From Eledone cirrhosa (lineage: Eukaryota): 64,000 nt of DNA. Made by a program: the position numbers and the translations under genes. Positions within the stretch are counted from its first letter, which is position 1. Each line of letters opens with the position of its first letter. Location of the stretch: contig OZ024742.1 in NCBI GenBank assembly GCA_964016885.1, positions 42,222,001 to 42,286,000 of the forward strand, in the 5' to 3' direction. The notes beneath the pieces are model-generated. The model was not told the origin of the DNA and searched no databases. It worked only from the letters and a program-made list of their open reading frames with translations. This document shows, piece by piece, positions 1 to 14,391 of the stretch.

Positions 1-2577
1 ACATATCATATTTTATTCATAAGATTATAATATTCATCAGTTTTAAGCATCTGATCTCATTAATTTAGTGTATGCTACCCTCTACTTCTACCGTCTGTGA
101 AATAAATGTTGCTCAGCCAGTTTTACATGCTTGTAGGAGTGGAATGGGTCTTTTTTTTTCAAATTTGAATATTTTGCATATTATATTGGAGCAACTGTTT
201 TCATAGATGGTTACCAAAACTGCTACTAACCATTCTAATGTAAAATAGAAGTGGAACTTATTACCAACCAGGCAAACTGAAGTAGAGAGTATATACTTTG
301 CTTAACCTTCTGGAGGCTCCAGGTGCATTAAGTTGACGATAAAGTAATCTCCCCTTAATACATAATGCAGTATCAAGGGAAGCAATTCATAAAAATTTCT
401 AGGGTGCTAAAGGTTAAGAGTGCAATACATTTATTTAATAAAGTTTTATATTCTGAATGATGAAACAATTGCTCTGTATGTTCCTTTCTGCAGCAATAAT
501 AATTTAGTATTTTTAATCTGGTTATTGAGGAGAATTGGGTATAAATCATGGTATATTTCAAATCCTTTCATAATCAAAAAATACAGTCTATTTCAATTAA
601 TTAAGAAGTTAGAGAAATTTAGAAAAATTATTAATTATTTCATTTGTAAGAAAGTAATGTAACATGGCTCTTATATAAAATTATGTTGGAAGATTTTTAT
701 TTAATCTTTTAACCCTTTTGTTATCATATTCCTAATAAAAGTTACTGCCTAGGATTTTCAACTAATTTTGAAAATAATCAAGCATTTGGAGGGATTTAGT
801 AATATAAATCATTATTTATCTGGTTTTTAGAATATAACAAATGTCCTTATATAAAATGATGAAAGAATGTTTAGATAAATACAAACATTTTGAAACGAAT
901 GGCTTCATATCCTAGAACAAAAGGTAGTATGAGTGGTTTTGTTTCATAGAACAAAAGCCAGTTTTGGCCAGGCTGATAGTAAAAATGGTTAATGAGTTTT
1001 TTGCTTTTTAAACCATTTTGTTACCCTATTTCTACAGTGAAGATAATCAAGAATTTGGATGGGTTTAGTAATGTAACTAACTTCGTGTTTAGAGCATAAT
1101 TTAAGGATTTTTTCATAAAATTTAGATGGAAGATTTTTAGATAAATATAAACACTTTAACCCCTTTTTTTTAAAAATACATCTAATGAAAGACAAATAAT
1201 TTGGAAAATAATCAAGAATTTAGAAGTTAAGGGCTTAAACACTTGCTTGTGTGGGGTTTCTTCTCTGAAAAGCTGCTCTCCAGCTCCCCTGACAGTTTCT
1301 TACCACTAGAAATTATGATGGAAGTTTTTAGATAAATATTAATACTTTAAAACAAAGTTTTGTATCATAAAGCCAAGGCAATATCAAAGGGGTTAAAATT
1401 GACAGTTTTGTATTGTAGAACCATGGTATTAAAAGGGTTAATTGACTAGAGACACAAAGGTTCTCAGGTTAAGATTATTGTTATAGGACTGTTTTCTCAG
1501 ATAAAGTGTTGAAAATCTGGGTATTGTGTGATAGCAGACCACAACCAATGGCCTTTATTAATTTTTTTATTATTATTATTGATCACATTGTTAAATCAAC
1601 CGTTGTTTTGTATCACAAAAATATGGAACCTTCTAAAGTTTGTATCTTTTGTTAAACATAATTCTAATGAAAAACACTGCCTATGATCCTTCAAGTCACT
1701 TGAAATATATAACAAAATATCTGATGGATTTAGTAATATAACAAACTAAATTATTAAGCTGGTGTTTGGAACATAACAAACGTTCTTATATAAAATTATG
1801 ATGGGAGATTTTTAGATAAATATAAACACAACTGACAGTTTTAGAAAGTTTGATATCAAAACAGTTAAAGTGGGTAAAATATTTTTTATCAAGTTACACT
1901 AGATACTTTATAAGTATCTAGTTTGGTACCTTACATTTTTATGGAAAAATCCTTTGATTTCTCAGAGTGATTGATAAATTAAGTACCCATAAATTATTAT
2001 TTTTTTTTTTTTTTCATGTCAATATTTATGTAAGTCAATATTGATATTTCTGAAGACTTCCAACCAATTTTCTCACTAAACATTCTATGAAGAGGAAGGT
2101 GGACTATAAGCCTACAGAATGATTCAGTCTTTAAACATTTTTCTTTAAATTCAATATCCTACTGTAACTGATATTTCTTCTTAAATTTGATGGTTATTAT
2201 TATTATTATTATTTTTAATCCTGCTAATAGGTGTGTTGAATGTTGCTGCTGATCAAGTTGATTGAATGATTGGAAGTAGTCTCTTACTGTATATTCTGGT
2301 GTATAAGACGCTCCTTTTCCCCCCAAAAAAATTTGTTTCAAAATCTACCTGCACTCCATACACTGAAGCTATGAATACAATAAGAATAGGAGTAATATAC
2401 TATACAGAAGCCATGCATAAGTAAAGCTGAATAAGATTGCGTCTTATATTCCTAAAAATATGGTATATATTGACATACAGTATTTTTCAAATATTCTGTT
2501 TTTCTTTATAACTTCCATTAGAAGTTGAACATTTTTGACACATATAATTTAAGTGTTGCTGTTGTTTTTATTATTAT

Positions 2578-3020
2578 TACTGCCAATCCACTATAATAAT
2601 AATTGTTTCTACTTTTGGCACAAGGCCAGCAATTACCCAGTGCATTACTGGTACTTTATTTTATCGACCCTGTAAAGATGAAAGGCAAAGTCAACCTCCC
2701 GCCGAAGTTGACTTTGCCTTTCATCATTATGGGGTCGATAAAATAAAGTAATGCACTGGGTAATTGCTGGCCTTGTGCCAAAAGTAGAAACAATTATTAT
2801 TATTATTATTATAGTGGATTGTCAGTATCGGTAGAGCGCCAGACACCATGCTTTGCGGCATAGAGTTATGGCCCTTTACGTTCTGCGTTCAAATCCCACT
2901 GAGGTTAACTTTGCCTTTCATCCTTACAGGGTCGATAAAATAAAACACTAGTAATGTACTGGGATAATTGCTGGCCTTGTGCCAAAAGTAGAAACAATTA
3001 TTATTATTATTATTATTATT
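2578..3020. mobile_element. Cluster of Nin-like SINEs including a head-to-head inverted pair
   Basis: 2578-2700 is the reverse complement of about 2705-2827; a full copy follows at 2813-3020. Confidence 0.8.
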
Positions 3021-4399
3021 TTCTTGAAAAATTATTAAAGTCCACTATTTTTTTCCTCTTCAGCTAATCAACAGCACTACCATCTTGTGCTTCCTTTCAA
3101 AATCACTACATTAAAAAAGTGTCAACAATTTCATATCTGAACTATGACAGCCTTATTGATGAATGAGCAGCCCATATTGTGGAAGCATCTCTTAGAAAGG
3201 GTTTTTTTTTTAAATTCATTTTGTCAATTCTTGATAATACTCTGAACATATTCCATTCTATCTTTGACAGTTTGGTTCTGTTTTTTGAGCCTCCCTTTCA
3301 ACTGTAAATAAGTATGTTTTTTTTTTTTTGTTTTTCTTTTTTATATATATATTTTTTCTTTTTATCTACTCATTTGGTGAGTATTCTTAACGGGTATTTT
3401 TCAAAAGCTAAAAGAAACTCACCCTAATACTGACTGGACAAACACACAAACACACTCAAGCTTTCTGTCTCACTGAAATTCCATTAAATTCTATATTACT
3501 GTTTATCTTGTTTTTCTTCTATTTCTTTCTCATAATCTCTTTTGCTTTATTCTCTCAACATTACAGTTTTTTCATGATTTTTCTTTCTGCCATTGTTGTT
3601 ACCTTCATTTTTTCACTGGTACTACTATATATTCATTTTGCATTTCATTACTCATGATAACTAATACTTACATTTTATATTTAAATTTTTATATAATCAC
3701 AATGAAATGTTAAAAATATAGTATCTACATTACTATAGGAATTGACTCTTTAACTAGCCCTGTGAGGGTACACTATATTGAAATTTTGTATTCTGAACAG
3801 TTAGATGTCTGTTCTTCATTCAAATTAAAAAAAAAATCTATTGGGCATTTTAATACATTCATTAAAATAGTGAATACAAAATGACACCACAGCATCTCTG
3901 TTAGGATTTAATCTTTAGGACGCTGAATTTTCTTTAATGAATTGCTTCCCTTGACACTGTATTATATATTAAGGGGAGATTACTCTATCAGCAACATAAG
4001 TCAGTGAAAATAATTGTTTTTACTTTAGGCACAAGGCCAGCAATTACTCAGTGCATTACTGGTACTTTATTTTATCGACCCCGTAAGGATGAAAGGCAAA
4101 AGTGAAAATAATATCAACCAAAGATATTTTTTTTCATGGTTCCAGCTTATGCTGTTGCTACTCAAAATATTTAAAATAAAAACTATCTCACACACACACA
4201 CATATATATATATGTATATCGCTATTGTATTTATAGTCTAAATCCTGTTAATTTTTGTTAATTCTCCAATATAGTGTAAAATGCTACTTGAGTGAGAACA
4301 TTTCTAGATTCTTAAAACTGAACCCTACTAAATTGTTTTACAGCACTACTCTAAGCATAAGCCTACAGACCTCCTTTTACAGTATAGTGCAAATTATTG

Positions 4400-4960
4400 T
4401 TTTGTATTCCGACATCAGATCCCACAATTTTCTATATACCCTTTCGAAATAGCTATAAATATATCAATTTGACATGTGTTTCCCTATTGTTCATTCTTGC
4501 TTCCATCAACTTTGAGCGCCCTGTACCTTTTTATATAGCTGTCATCCTTCATACGCATCACATGGCCATGCTATCGCAATCTCCACTTCTACACACTGCA
4601 TCTGATTCCTCTTACACCCAGTTTCTCTCTCAGTTCATTTATGTTTTACTCTTCATGTATATAAATATACATCCATTGGATCATGCAATTTTCATTTCTT
4701 TCCAATCTTCATAGGTCCTCTGCACACAGCACACAGGTCTCACTACCATGCAACATTGCTGTTCATATATATATGTATCATACAATCTGCTTCTCATTTT
4801 AAATTAAAAAAACAACCTTTTGTAGCTAGCTGCAGTAGTAGCTCCCTGAGCTTTTCCTATCTCGTTTTCACTCTGGATAACTGCTAATTTGTTCACCGAG
4901 GTAACAGAAGCTGTCAACTACTTCTACAGAACCTTCTCAGAATTTGATAGCGCTTGTTTC
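4400..4960 (-). mobile_element. Old degenerate RTE LINE fragment
   Basis: Colinear similarity to the other RTE copies (catacgcatcacatg, cactaccatgcaacattgctgttc, gctagc..agtagtagctccctga). Confidence 0.75.
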
Positions 4961-5037
4961 CTATCAGCATTTAGGTTGATAGACAGATATACATACATAT
5001 ATTTAAATTATTCATTCAGCAGGTTTATTGGACTATA

Positions 5038-5744
5038 TACAAGGTGTGTCAGAAAAGTAACAAAACTTAGTATGCTGTGTGAGCTACGAGTGGGGCAGAG
5101 ATTAGCGGGTTGCGTCACCGTGTGACGTAATATCCAGAGATAAGACAATATTGCACTCATGGGTTTTTGAGTGACACAAAGGTTTAAAAAAACATGTAAG
5201 ACTACCCTAGGAGCAGAAGGCCTTCAACAAGCAGGACTGAGACCAATGTTGAGCACATGAGGCAGGTGATGCGTAGCAATTGACGGCTAACTGCTCAACT
5301 GATTGCAAGTGAACTGGGCATGAACCATGACAGCATTTGGAAGATTATCCCTGAAGATTTGGGCATGTGGAAGATCTGCATAAAGATGGTGCTGAAGCTG
5401 CTGAACAATGACCAGAAGGAGTGGCACATACAGGTGTGTCAGAACATCCTTGATCATCTTGAAACTGAACCAGACTTGCTGGGGAGAATCATCATCAGTG
5501 AGAGTCATGGATCTTTGAGTACAACCTGGAGACCAAGCCCCAGAGCCTTCAAGAGGGCTGTGACGACAGTGCTGCAGAGAATCCTTCTGCAAGTGCATGG
5601 AGGTGTGGTGGAGAAGGAAGGGAAAGTGCATTAGACTCGGGGGCCGGGGGTGGGGTATTTCAAAGGGAAAACTTGTAGTTTGGATTTGAAATATTTTTTT
5701 GCAACCCCAATCCTGTTTTTTTTTTTTTTCTGAGACACCTCGTA
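5038..5744 (+). mobile_element. Deleted mariner element
   Basis: TA-flanked TIRs (TACAAGGTGTGTCAGAAAA / TTTTCTGAGACACCTCGTA); ORF 5320-5634 EDLGM.KIC.KMV.KLL..DQK...LETEPDLLGRII..ES is mariner transposase. Confidence 0.85.
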
Positions 5745-5799
5745 GTCTGCACACAAATCACTCCTCAAAAACTATTTCTTAATTTTTGTTAGGTTTATT

Positions 5800-5995
5800 A
5801 CAATAATTGTTTCTACTTTTGGCACAAGGCCAGCAATTACCCAGTACATTACTGGTACTTTATTTTATCGACCCCGTAAGGATGAAAGGCAAAGTTGACC
5901 TCGGCGGAATTTGAACTCAGAATGGAAAAGGCCATAATTCTATGCGTCAAAGCATGACGTCCGACCCTCTACCGATACTGCCAATCCACCGCCCG
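5800..5995 (-). mobile_element. tRNA-derived SINE with Nin-like central domain
   Basis: GCCTTTCATCCTTACGGGGTCGATAAAATAAAGTACCAG core. Further copies near 2600-3020, 4010-4100, 6440-6650, 6735-6945, 20170-20310, 22160-22300, 42670-43120, 45868-45945 and 54251-54346. Confidence 0.8.
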
Positions 5996-6115
5996 TTAGG
6001 TTTATTACAATAATAATACATAACTAGTTTCAATAATAACCTACCATTTAAAATATATACTTATTTAATCAAGAAAATTATGTTGAATTGTTCTTGGTCA
6101 TTTCATACTGTATCT

Positions 6116-6204
6116 TCAAACTGGTAATGGCACTTCTGAACCAATATTTTGGTAATCAGTAGTATAGAACTTAGGAACTGTCATGATAGCTGACAGGCTC
6201 GCTT
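6116..6204 (-). CDS. Gene A terminal coding exon 7
   Basis: Poly-T plus ccag acceptor in phase 1; ASLSAIMTVPKFYTTDYQNIGSEVPLPV then TGA. All seven exons join in frame (981 nt). Confidence 0.85.
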
Positions 6205-7716
6205 CTGGAAAAAAACAAAATGATAAGTCTGTGATAAATCTCATAAAACATCTCTCTTGTTTTTCTTCTCTTCTCTCTCAACATCTCTTTTCCTTTATGA
6301 TATCAAACTGCCCCTGGTTCTACAATACAAAGCTGTTTGTTTTAAATTGTTTATATTTATCACAACTTTCTGTCATAATTTTATCTAAGAACCTAGAACC
6401 TTTATGAAATAATGTTCTAAACACCAACTTAAAAATCCTTTCTAACACTGAAACAAGGCCAGTAATTTGAGGTTAGGGATGAGTTGATTATATTGAACCC
6501 AGTATTAAATTGTTACTTTATTTTATTGACTACAGAAGGATAAAAGGCCCAGCTGACCTCAACAGAATTTGAACTCAGAACGTAGAATGTCATAACTAAA
6601 TACCACATAACATTTTGTCTGATACTCTAATGATTCTGCCAATTCACTACCCCTCAAAAAAAAAAAACGAATTAATAATAAGGTTACTTGTATTACTAAA
6701 TACTTCCAAACTCTTCATTGTTTTCTGAATTCAAGGGCAGTGGATTGGCAGTATCGGACACCATGCTTTGCAGCATAGAGTTACAACCCTTTATGGTCTG
6801 AGTTCAAATCCTGCCGAGGTTAGCTTTGCCTTTCATCCTTACAGGGTCGATAAAATAAAGTACCAGTCACACACTGGGGTTGATTTAATCGACTTTCCCC
6901 TCCCCCCAAAAATTGCTGGCCTTGGACCTTTATCAGAAACCATTATTTTCTGAATTCATTGAAAATCATAGACAGTGTTTTTATTGGAAATATGAAATAC
7001 AATCTATTTAAATTAATTAATGAAGAATTGGGAGGGATTTATTAAAATTATTAATTATTTCATTATTAAGATGATATTTATGACAAAATCGTCTATAATC
7101 AAATTGTGTTGGAAGATTTTAATTTACATAGGAACCCTTTAAAATGAGTAGAGATGATATAATAGTATATTAAATATCAAATGATACATATTATATATAT
7201 AGTAAAATAAAAAATATATAATACATATTTATACATAGTATATATTATATTATTTATTATATATAAATTAATGATTCTATTTATTATATATTATTTACAA
7301 TTTGCATGTAGGCAGGTCTCTCTGGAAATAGGGTTGTGGGCGCTGAGGGTATTACGTGGCTGTGAGGGGGAAAGTGGCCCAAAAAGTTTGAAACCTCTGA
7401 TTTAAAACACTCTGTTGTTGATTAAGAAGAAAATAATAATAGTGTTTATGGTAACTTAAAAACAAATTACTGTTTCCCCACATAGTAAACCTATTATTAG
7501 CTTGTCACTCTTCAAAGAACCAGATTTACAACACACAAAATTGATAAACAAAAATGCAACATTACTTTGTCATAAGAAATAGATTTTCCATAGCCTAGAG
7601 ATTGTTATCCAGTAAAATTGACCAGCACGACACTAAGAACTAATTAATGTGCCTAGCCGCAGAACTTCTCTTGCTATATATAATATCTCCCAAGATTTTA
7701 CATTACTATTGTTTTT

Positions 7717-8455
7717 CATATGGTGCGACCACACTTGGAATTCGCATCATCAGTCTGGAACCCCTATCTTGCTCAGAACATTGACCTCCTGGAAACTGTT
7801 CAGAGACGTGCAACCAAGCGCATACCCTCCATCAGACACCTACCATACTCTGAACGCCTTGCTTCCCTGGGCATGGATTCATTGAAGCTCCGACGTCTGG
7901 CAATGGACTTGGTGAATACCCACAAAGTTTTTAACCATCTCGCCAACTGCAACCCTGAGCGCCTCTTTGATCTCCATGTGTCTAACACACGTGGACATGC
8001 CTACAAGATAAGAAAACAGCACAGCTCCCATGACTTTCACAGACATTTTTTCACGCTCAGAGTTGCTGAAGCATGGAACAAACTGCCTGCGTCAATTGTT
8101 AGCTGCCGAGACACTGCATCCTTTCACTCATGCTTCCCGAAATACGCCAAAACTACACCTGATGTACCCCTTCCATACACATGCACACGTGTGTATCATG
8201 ACTCGTGCACTGTTCATTTTACTGATGTTTGTGCATTGCCCTATGTACTGTACATGCACTTTTTTGATGAGTTGTGGTGCACCTGGGCACTGTACACAAT
8301 ATTTCATTATTGTTATTGTTATTATATCATGACTCATACACTGTTTATTTTCCTGACATTTGTACATTATTCTATGTACTATACATGCACCTTTGATGAG
8401 TTGTAGTGCACCTGAGCACTGTACACAATAATTTCATTATTATTATTATTATTAT
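7717..8455 (+). mobile_element. 5'-truncated CR1-group LINE
   Basis: VRPHLEFASSVWNPY...LETVQRRATK...YSERL..L...L..RR...TRGH..K...FF..RV...WN.LP; repeated 3' UTR and (ATT)n tail. Confidence 0.88.
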
Positions 8456-8671
8456 ACTAATGTATACATATACCGATGTACAAACATATATACATGCATG
8501 CATATTTATATGTTTGTACATTATAGGCTTCCACACAGTTTCTATCTACTAAATTCCACTGAAAAAGCATTGGTTGACCTATTGTAGAAGATACTAGCAC
8601 AAGATTCCATGTGTTGAGGACCAATCAAGGATGATATGATTTGTTGTTTTTTTTCAGTCAGTAGGTTTAGA

Positions 8672-9085
8672 GCAGAGGTTCTCAAACTTTTTGGGCCATC
8701 GCCCCTCATGGCTACATAATACCCTCAGCACCTCCAACGCTATTTCCAGAGAGATCTGCCTACATGCAAATTGTAAATAATATATAATAAATAAAATCGT
8801 TTATTTAGCAAGGGAGTGAATGGTCTTGATAAACAACAAGAAGCGAGAAACAGACTGTCAATCACTCTCCCTTTGTTTTCGCTGAAAATAAGTAGGTGAC
8901 ATAGTCACTACTTTAAAACTCATAGCGAATGGTCTTCAAAATGTTTTTAATTAAACATACAGTATATTGCCAAATATACTATACATACATTCAAATATAT
9001 ACTATGTATAAATAAATATATACTATATGTATATATAACATGTATAATTTTATATTTAATATACTATTATATCATCTCTACCCCC
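8672..9085 (+). mobile_element. hAT(Charlie)-like element fragment (inverted sister at about 7145-7400)
   Basis: CAGAGGTTCTCAAACTTTT terminus; first about 130 bp match the reverse complement of 7265-7400. Confidence 0.55.
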
Positions 9086-9099
9086 ACCACCACCCACTT

Positions 9100-9610
9100 A
9101 GGCCCCAGCATTGGACATTCTCAGAACCTCGTGTCTAGAGGAAGGGACAATGGCCATGGCCTACATAGGCTCTCTGATAGTGGAGAGATTGATGCTGTTG
9201 ATGTTCTGTTTAAATTGTTGCAGATTCACTCCTTTGGGAAAGACATGAGCAGAGAGAGTTCCAGAGGAATGATATTCTGGGTAGGAAGGGCTGAGCATAG
9301 TGGTTAGTGTGGGTTGGACAACATGGGTGATGAGAGGAGAAGAGATGAGTGGGTTATGAGTACATAAGTGAAGATTGCATGAGTTGAGCAAACTCCAAGG
9401 AGCTGACACTATTATAGTGATAACAGAAAACATAAAGAGGAGACAGCACATCTGTGGGCCAGAGGCTGGAGAGTATCATAGAATGACTTTAAACCAATTA
9501 GCCAAGTGGCTGCAGTTTAGGATGCTAGTGTGAACAACAGCAGCACTGCCCCAGATGTGAGTGTAATACTCTATTGTGTAACTCTTCTGTGCCTTATAGA
9601 AGCAAACTTC
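9100..9610 (-). mobile_element. Degenerate LINE 3' fragment (CR1/Jockey-type)
   Basis: Minus strand reads 'YKAQ....EY..HIWG.A' and 'HVFP...NLQQFKQNIN'. Confidence 0.6.
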
Positions 9611-9723
9611 TATAATATGCATATCTACAACTATATGAGCTGGTTCTACAAATCTACATACATTTGACTTATTTCTTCTCCTGTAATAAATACAAACTAA
9701 AATGAGACAGATATTCTACTTAC

Positions 9724-9824
9724 TTGGTAGAACCCATGGTGTTTCTAATGGGCAGAAATGGTTGTACTTTTGATTCAAATGTGATGGGGTTTGGTAGATA
9801 TCTGTATACTCAGACAGAAAACCG
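9724..9824 (-). CDS. Gene A coding exon 6
   Basis: Poly-T plus cag acceptor; 101 nt (GFLSEYTDIYQTP...CPLETPWVLP); GTAAGT donor; phase 2/1. Confidence 0.85.
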
Positions 9825-11256
9825 CTGAAAAAAAAACATTTTACACAAATTATGTTTACATTCTTGATGTGAACCAAAGAGGGAACATTTATAGGGCTGC
9901 TCAGCCTTATAGAAATAACAACCAAATATCCCCCAAGGAAGGATACATTGGATAATGTACTTCTAGATGCACTATGTTGGGATGGGCCATGGCTGGTATG
10001 ATCAATATGGCTGACTCTGTGCTTAATAACATTCATTAAGTGGAAAATTGGCATAGTCATTAAGGTGTTGGATTAAATAACTTGTAGTATTTATTCCAGT
10101 TCTCTTCACTTTGAGTTCAAATCCCACCAAAGTTCACCTTGTCTTTCTTCTTTCTGTTGTTGATAAAACAAAGTATCAATACAGAATAGTGGGTTAGTGG
10201 AGTTGTTAGTGTTGGATTAGATGCTAAGTGGTATATATTCTGTCTCTGAGTGTTTTCAGTTCAAACCTCACCTTCTGTCACAAGAAAAAGGGTGACATGA
10301 TAATACTGGGGCTCCTATCATTAAAATATCCCAGAGATTTACTATGAGATGTAATCCAACAGGAGGCTAGCAAAACTTACTGTTGTAGGGAAAAACCCTA
10401 AACACCCCCACCCCCGCGTAACTCAAAGTGGACTAGGCGAAAAGTCTATAAATATTAACTGAAATGAACTGTCAGGTAGACTGTGTGTGTGAAGTCTCAT
10501 TGTAGTCTCTCGGTAGTTCAGAATTACATCAGGTAAATACCTTGGGTGAACCCTCATTTCATACAGATATACAAAACAGGTGTCACACCATTATAACACT
10601 TACACAGGTGTTAACTGTAACTTTGACCAGCAAAACGTACACAGGTTTGAGCCGTAACAATAACATCAAACATCATTTATGGAATTTCATGTTTAGGGAA
10701 ACACATTCATGTTAGTAAATAGTGTTGGGTGGTAGAAGCACCTTCAAAGTTTTTCACTTTAGCTTATGTATTCAGGATGAATCTCTAATCAAATCTACTC
10801 CTTCCAAGCTATACCAACAAAAGCAAATGATTTCAATTCTACTATCAAATGAAACATCAATTATATAGTAGTAAAGGTATGTGGATCAATGGTTAAGGTA
10901 TTCAGCTCACAATTGCAAGGTCATCAATTCAATTCTAGCAGCATGTTGTGTCCTTGAGCAACACGCTTTATTTGATGTAGCTCCAGTCCACTCAACCAAC
11001 AAAAATTAGTTGTACCTCTAATTCAAAGGGCAAGCCTTGTCACACCCTGTGTCTGTAAAATGCTCAGCCACTTGCATATTAATTTCACAAACTGGCTGTT
11101 CTGTTGATCAAAATAACTGGAAAACTGAGCCGAGCCTTAAAAATGATATACTTTAGATAGGACCCAATCCAGGGATGGCGATAGTGTAGAGACTTTAGTC
11201 CAAGAAGTCTAAAAATTACTAATAAATATTCCCATCAGTGTAACAGGATTACTAAC

Positions 11257-11412
11257 TTGTGTGGTACAGTAGTTACATCTTTTGGAGGCCTTGGAATAAC
11301 TGTGTGATGTCTAAACAAAATTGAATCTTTCATTGGAAGCTTTTTATGTATCAGCTTTAAGGAATTATCCTCAGATGAAGTCTTAAAACATTGTGGGACA
11401 TGTGGATAGACA
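11257..11412 (-). CDS. Gene A coding exon 5
   Basis: ttttgcag acceptor; 156 nt (VYPHVPQC...PRPPKDVTTVPH); GTTAGT donor; phase 2/2. Confidence 0.85.
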
Positions 11413-12066
11413 CTGCAAAATAACATTAAATACATAACAAAAATTATTACAGCTGAATCAAAAAGTATTTATAATTTATATATCTAATGTTCTTAAAAAG
11501 TGCAGGCATAGCTGTATGGCCCAGAACTATGTGGTCTTGGGTAATATCCTACTGTGAAGCATTTTGGGCAAGTGCCTTCTACTATAGGCTCAAGCTGGCT
11601 TATGCCTTGAGAGAGAATTCTGCTTCAGAAAGTTTTGTCCAGCATGGTAAACAAAAAAATGATTGTAGCACTGATAATTATGACAATGGTGACAAGTAGG
11701 AAGATAAAAGTAATAGAACAATCTAGTTGATTAACAAAGACTTACTTTCCAAGCACACTACAGCCTATAGCCAAACGTCAAGCTGTCTCCCACACTCTGC
11801 TTTCCCTACTGCTACTACAATGGCCTTTGCTCCTCAGACCTGGCATATCACATACACTCACTTCTACACAATACACCTAACTAATCTTTAGAAAGGAATA
11901 ATAAGCAGGTCTTGATGAACCATCAAATAACAATGAAAGCAGTCAGTTTGATATGCATCTCAGCCTGCTAAAAAAGGCACTAACATGATGCCTAATTTCA
12001 TAGCAACACTAAATACACATGGATATAACTGTTTGTTTATTTATTTATTCATAACCCATACCATAC

Positions 12067-12103
<37 letters not shown>

Positions 12104-12607
12104 AGGAGCGGTGGAAGCATTTTTGAATTAGGGGTGGTGATGCAGATTTGGTCAATTTAGTTGTAGTGATTAGTTTAGCTCATTGTACTCTAAAAGGTCA
12201 GAAAATGCAATTTGAATCCAAGCAGGTCATATTACATTTACAGCTTTCAGTAATTATAAAGTGATTATAGTAAAATGACCTCTGAAATCTGTATCTGAAT
12301 ACACATACTAGCAATTGGCAAATAGTGACATGTAGCGAAAAAGTTATGACAAAAAATTTTACTATGATGGTTAACATAATACTATTATCAAATATCAACC
12401 AAGATATAAAAAAGTGTGATATGTGATAAACATAACATGTACATAAATTGTAGCGCATATACAAATAGATGTGTGTTTTGGTAGTTTGGGAAGAAAAATA
12501 TAATTATTGTGTATGTGGGGGGGTGCCCCCCCCCCCTCATTTCCAACCACCCTTGATATATATAATTGGTTTAACTAGTTTAATATGGTTTAATCTTGAT
12601 ATGTATG

Positions 12608-14028
12608 TATCATCATCATCATCATCACAATTTTACGTCCATTCTTCCACGCTAGCATGAGTTAGACGGGTTGTCCTGTTGTGGGAAGTTCCCGGTCGGC
12701 TGACCATGTCTTGCTCATATGGGAACTGATTCTGGCTTGATTTCTACAGCTGGATGCCCTTCCTAACACCAACCTCATTTAAAGTGAGTGCTGGGTGCTT
12801 TTTTTCCGTGGCACCTACATGTTCACTTTACAGTGTGGGCTGGGTACTTTTTTGCCGTGGCACCTTGACCACTTTGTAGTGGGAGGGTGTGGGGTCATAT
12901 TGTCTATATGCTTCAGCTTTAGCTTGTACCCGTGGGGGTTCGGGTCTTCTGTATTACTGTGTGACGCCAGAGGTCACGGTCGTGAGAGGTGCAATTGGGT
13001 AAGGTTGGCTTTTTATCACCTCATCCCAGGTCTTCTTGGGTCTCCTCACTCTGCGGCTTCCATCGACTTCTAGTGTTCTGCACCTTTTTATGCAGCTGTC
13101 ATCCTTCATATGCATCACGTGTCCATACCAATGCAACCTTCCCTCCTGCACATAGCATTTGATTCCTCTTATGCTCAGTCTCTCTCTCAATTCATTTATG
13201 CTTTGCCGTTTGCGTATATTACTATTACACATCCATCGGAGCATGCAGGCTTCGTTTCTTTCTAATCTACACAAGTCTTCTACAGACAGCACCCAGGTCT
13301 CACTACCATGTAACAATGTAACATTGCTGTTCGTATACACGCATCATACAGTGTACCTTTCATTTTGAGGGAAAATCCTTTTGCAGCTAGCAGTGGCAGT
13401 AGTTCCCTGAACTTCTTCCATCCCGTTCTTACTCTAGTTATTGTACTTTCCGAACACCCACCTCCCCTGCTAATTTGGTCACCTAGGTAGCAGAAGGTGT
13501 CTACTGTTTCTACAGAGCTCTCCCAGAGTTTGGTGGTGCTTGTTTCCTGTGGCTGTTTGCTGTCCCAGTGTAGCTGCTACATGTGAAGCCTACATTCTTA
13601 ACTAAGCTTCCTGAGATCCCACTACATCTCTTGTGTACCCATTGTTTGCATTTGGGGCAGAGGATGGAGTTCCTACCTACACCTTTCCTACATACTGAGA
13701 AAAGCCATTTCCCTGAGGGGATCTGGGTTCTGTTTTCTCGTCTACTTACAAGGACCTTAGTCTTTGTCATGTTGACTTTGAGACCCTTTCTTTCTAGTCC
13801 CTGCTTCCAAGTTTGGAATTTATTCTCTAGTTCTACCATAGATTCAGCTATGAGTGCGAGATCATCAGCATACAGGAGTTCCCATGGGCATCAGTGGTGC
13901 CTTTTCCTGGCACAAACCCAAATTGCATCTCATTTAGTTTCACCTGGTCCCTAATCAACTGTGCTATAACTCTTTCCGTTACTTTCATGACCTGGTCCAT
14001 CAGCTTTATACCTCTATAGTTTCCTTGT
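12608..14028 (-). mobile_element. 5'-truncated, internally deleted RTE LINE copy
   Basis: ORFs 12954-13340, 13510-13839 and 13848-14108 match the RT and C-terminus of the long copy; (GAT)n tail at about 12608-12627. Confidence 0.9.
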
Positions 14029-14047
14029 GTATATATATATATTACAC

Positions 14048-14391
14048 TGGAGGCACATGGCTTAGGAGTTAGAGCATTGGCCTTGCAATCGAAAGGTTGT
14101 GAGTTCAATTCTCAGACCGGGTGATGTGTTGTTTCCTTGAGCAAGACACTTTATTTCACATTGCTCCAGTTTACTCAGCTGTAGAAATGAGATGATAGGG
14201 ACTGGGGTCCCTATCATTCCACTGCAAAGTGGTCGTGGAGGCACCACGGCAAAAAAGCACCCAGCACTCACTGTAAATGAGGTTGGTGTTAGGAAGGGCA
14301 TCCAGCTGTAGAAATCAAGCCAGAATCAGTTCCCGTCCCACCCTTGCAAGCAGAAAAGTGGACGTAAAATGAAATGATGATGATGATGATA
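14048..14391 (+). mobile_element. tRNA-derived SINE with RTE-derived 3' tail
   Basis: A/B-box head (TGGCTTAGGAGTT...GAGTTCAATTC), CCTTGAGCAAGACACT central block, 3' end shared with the RTE UTR, (GAT)n tail. Second copy on the minus strand at 28372-28647. Confidence 0.8.

Noticed and set aside
60-3140. Exon-like segments at about 70-147(+), 2040-2158(-) and 3064-3140(+)
   Set aside because: Could not be joined into a consistent model or matched to a known protein; unresolved.
9640-9680. Acceptor-like site just below gene A exon 6
   Set aside because: It would need a 43-nt intron and gives an early stop; the exon at 6116-6204 fits better.
14048-14120. tRNA-like sequences here and at about 20872 and 42745
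   Set aside because: A/B boxes run into SINE bodies; no complete cloverleaf.
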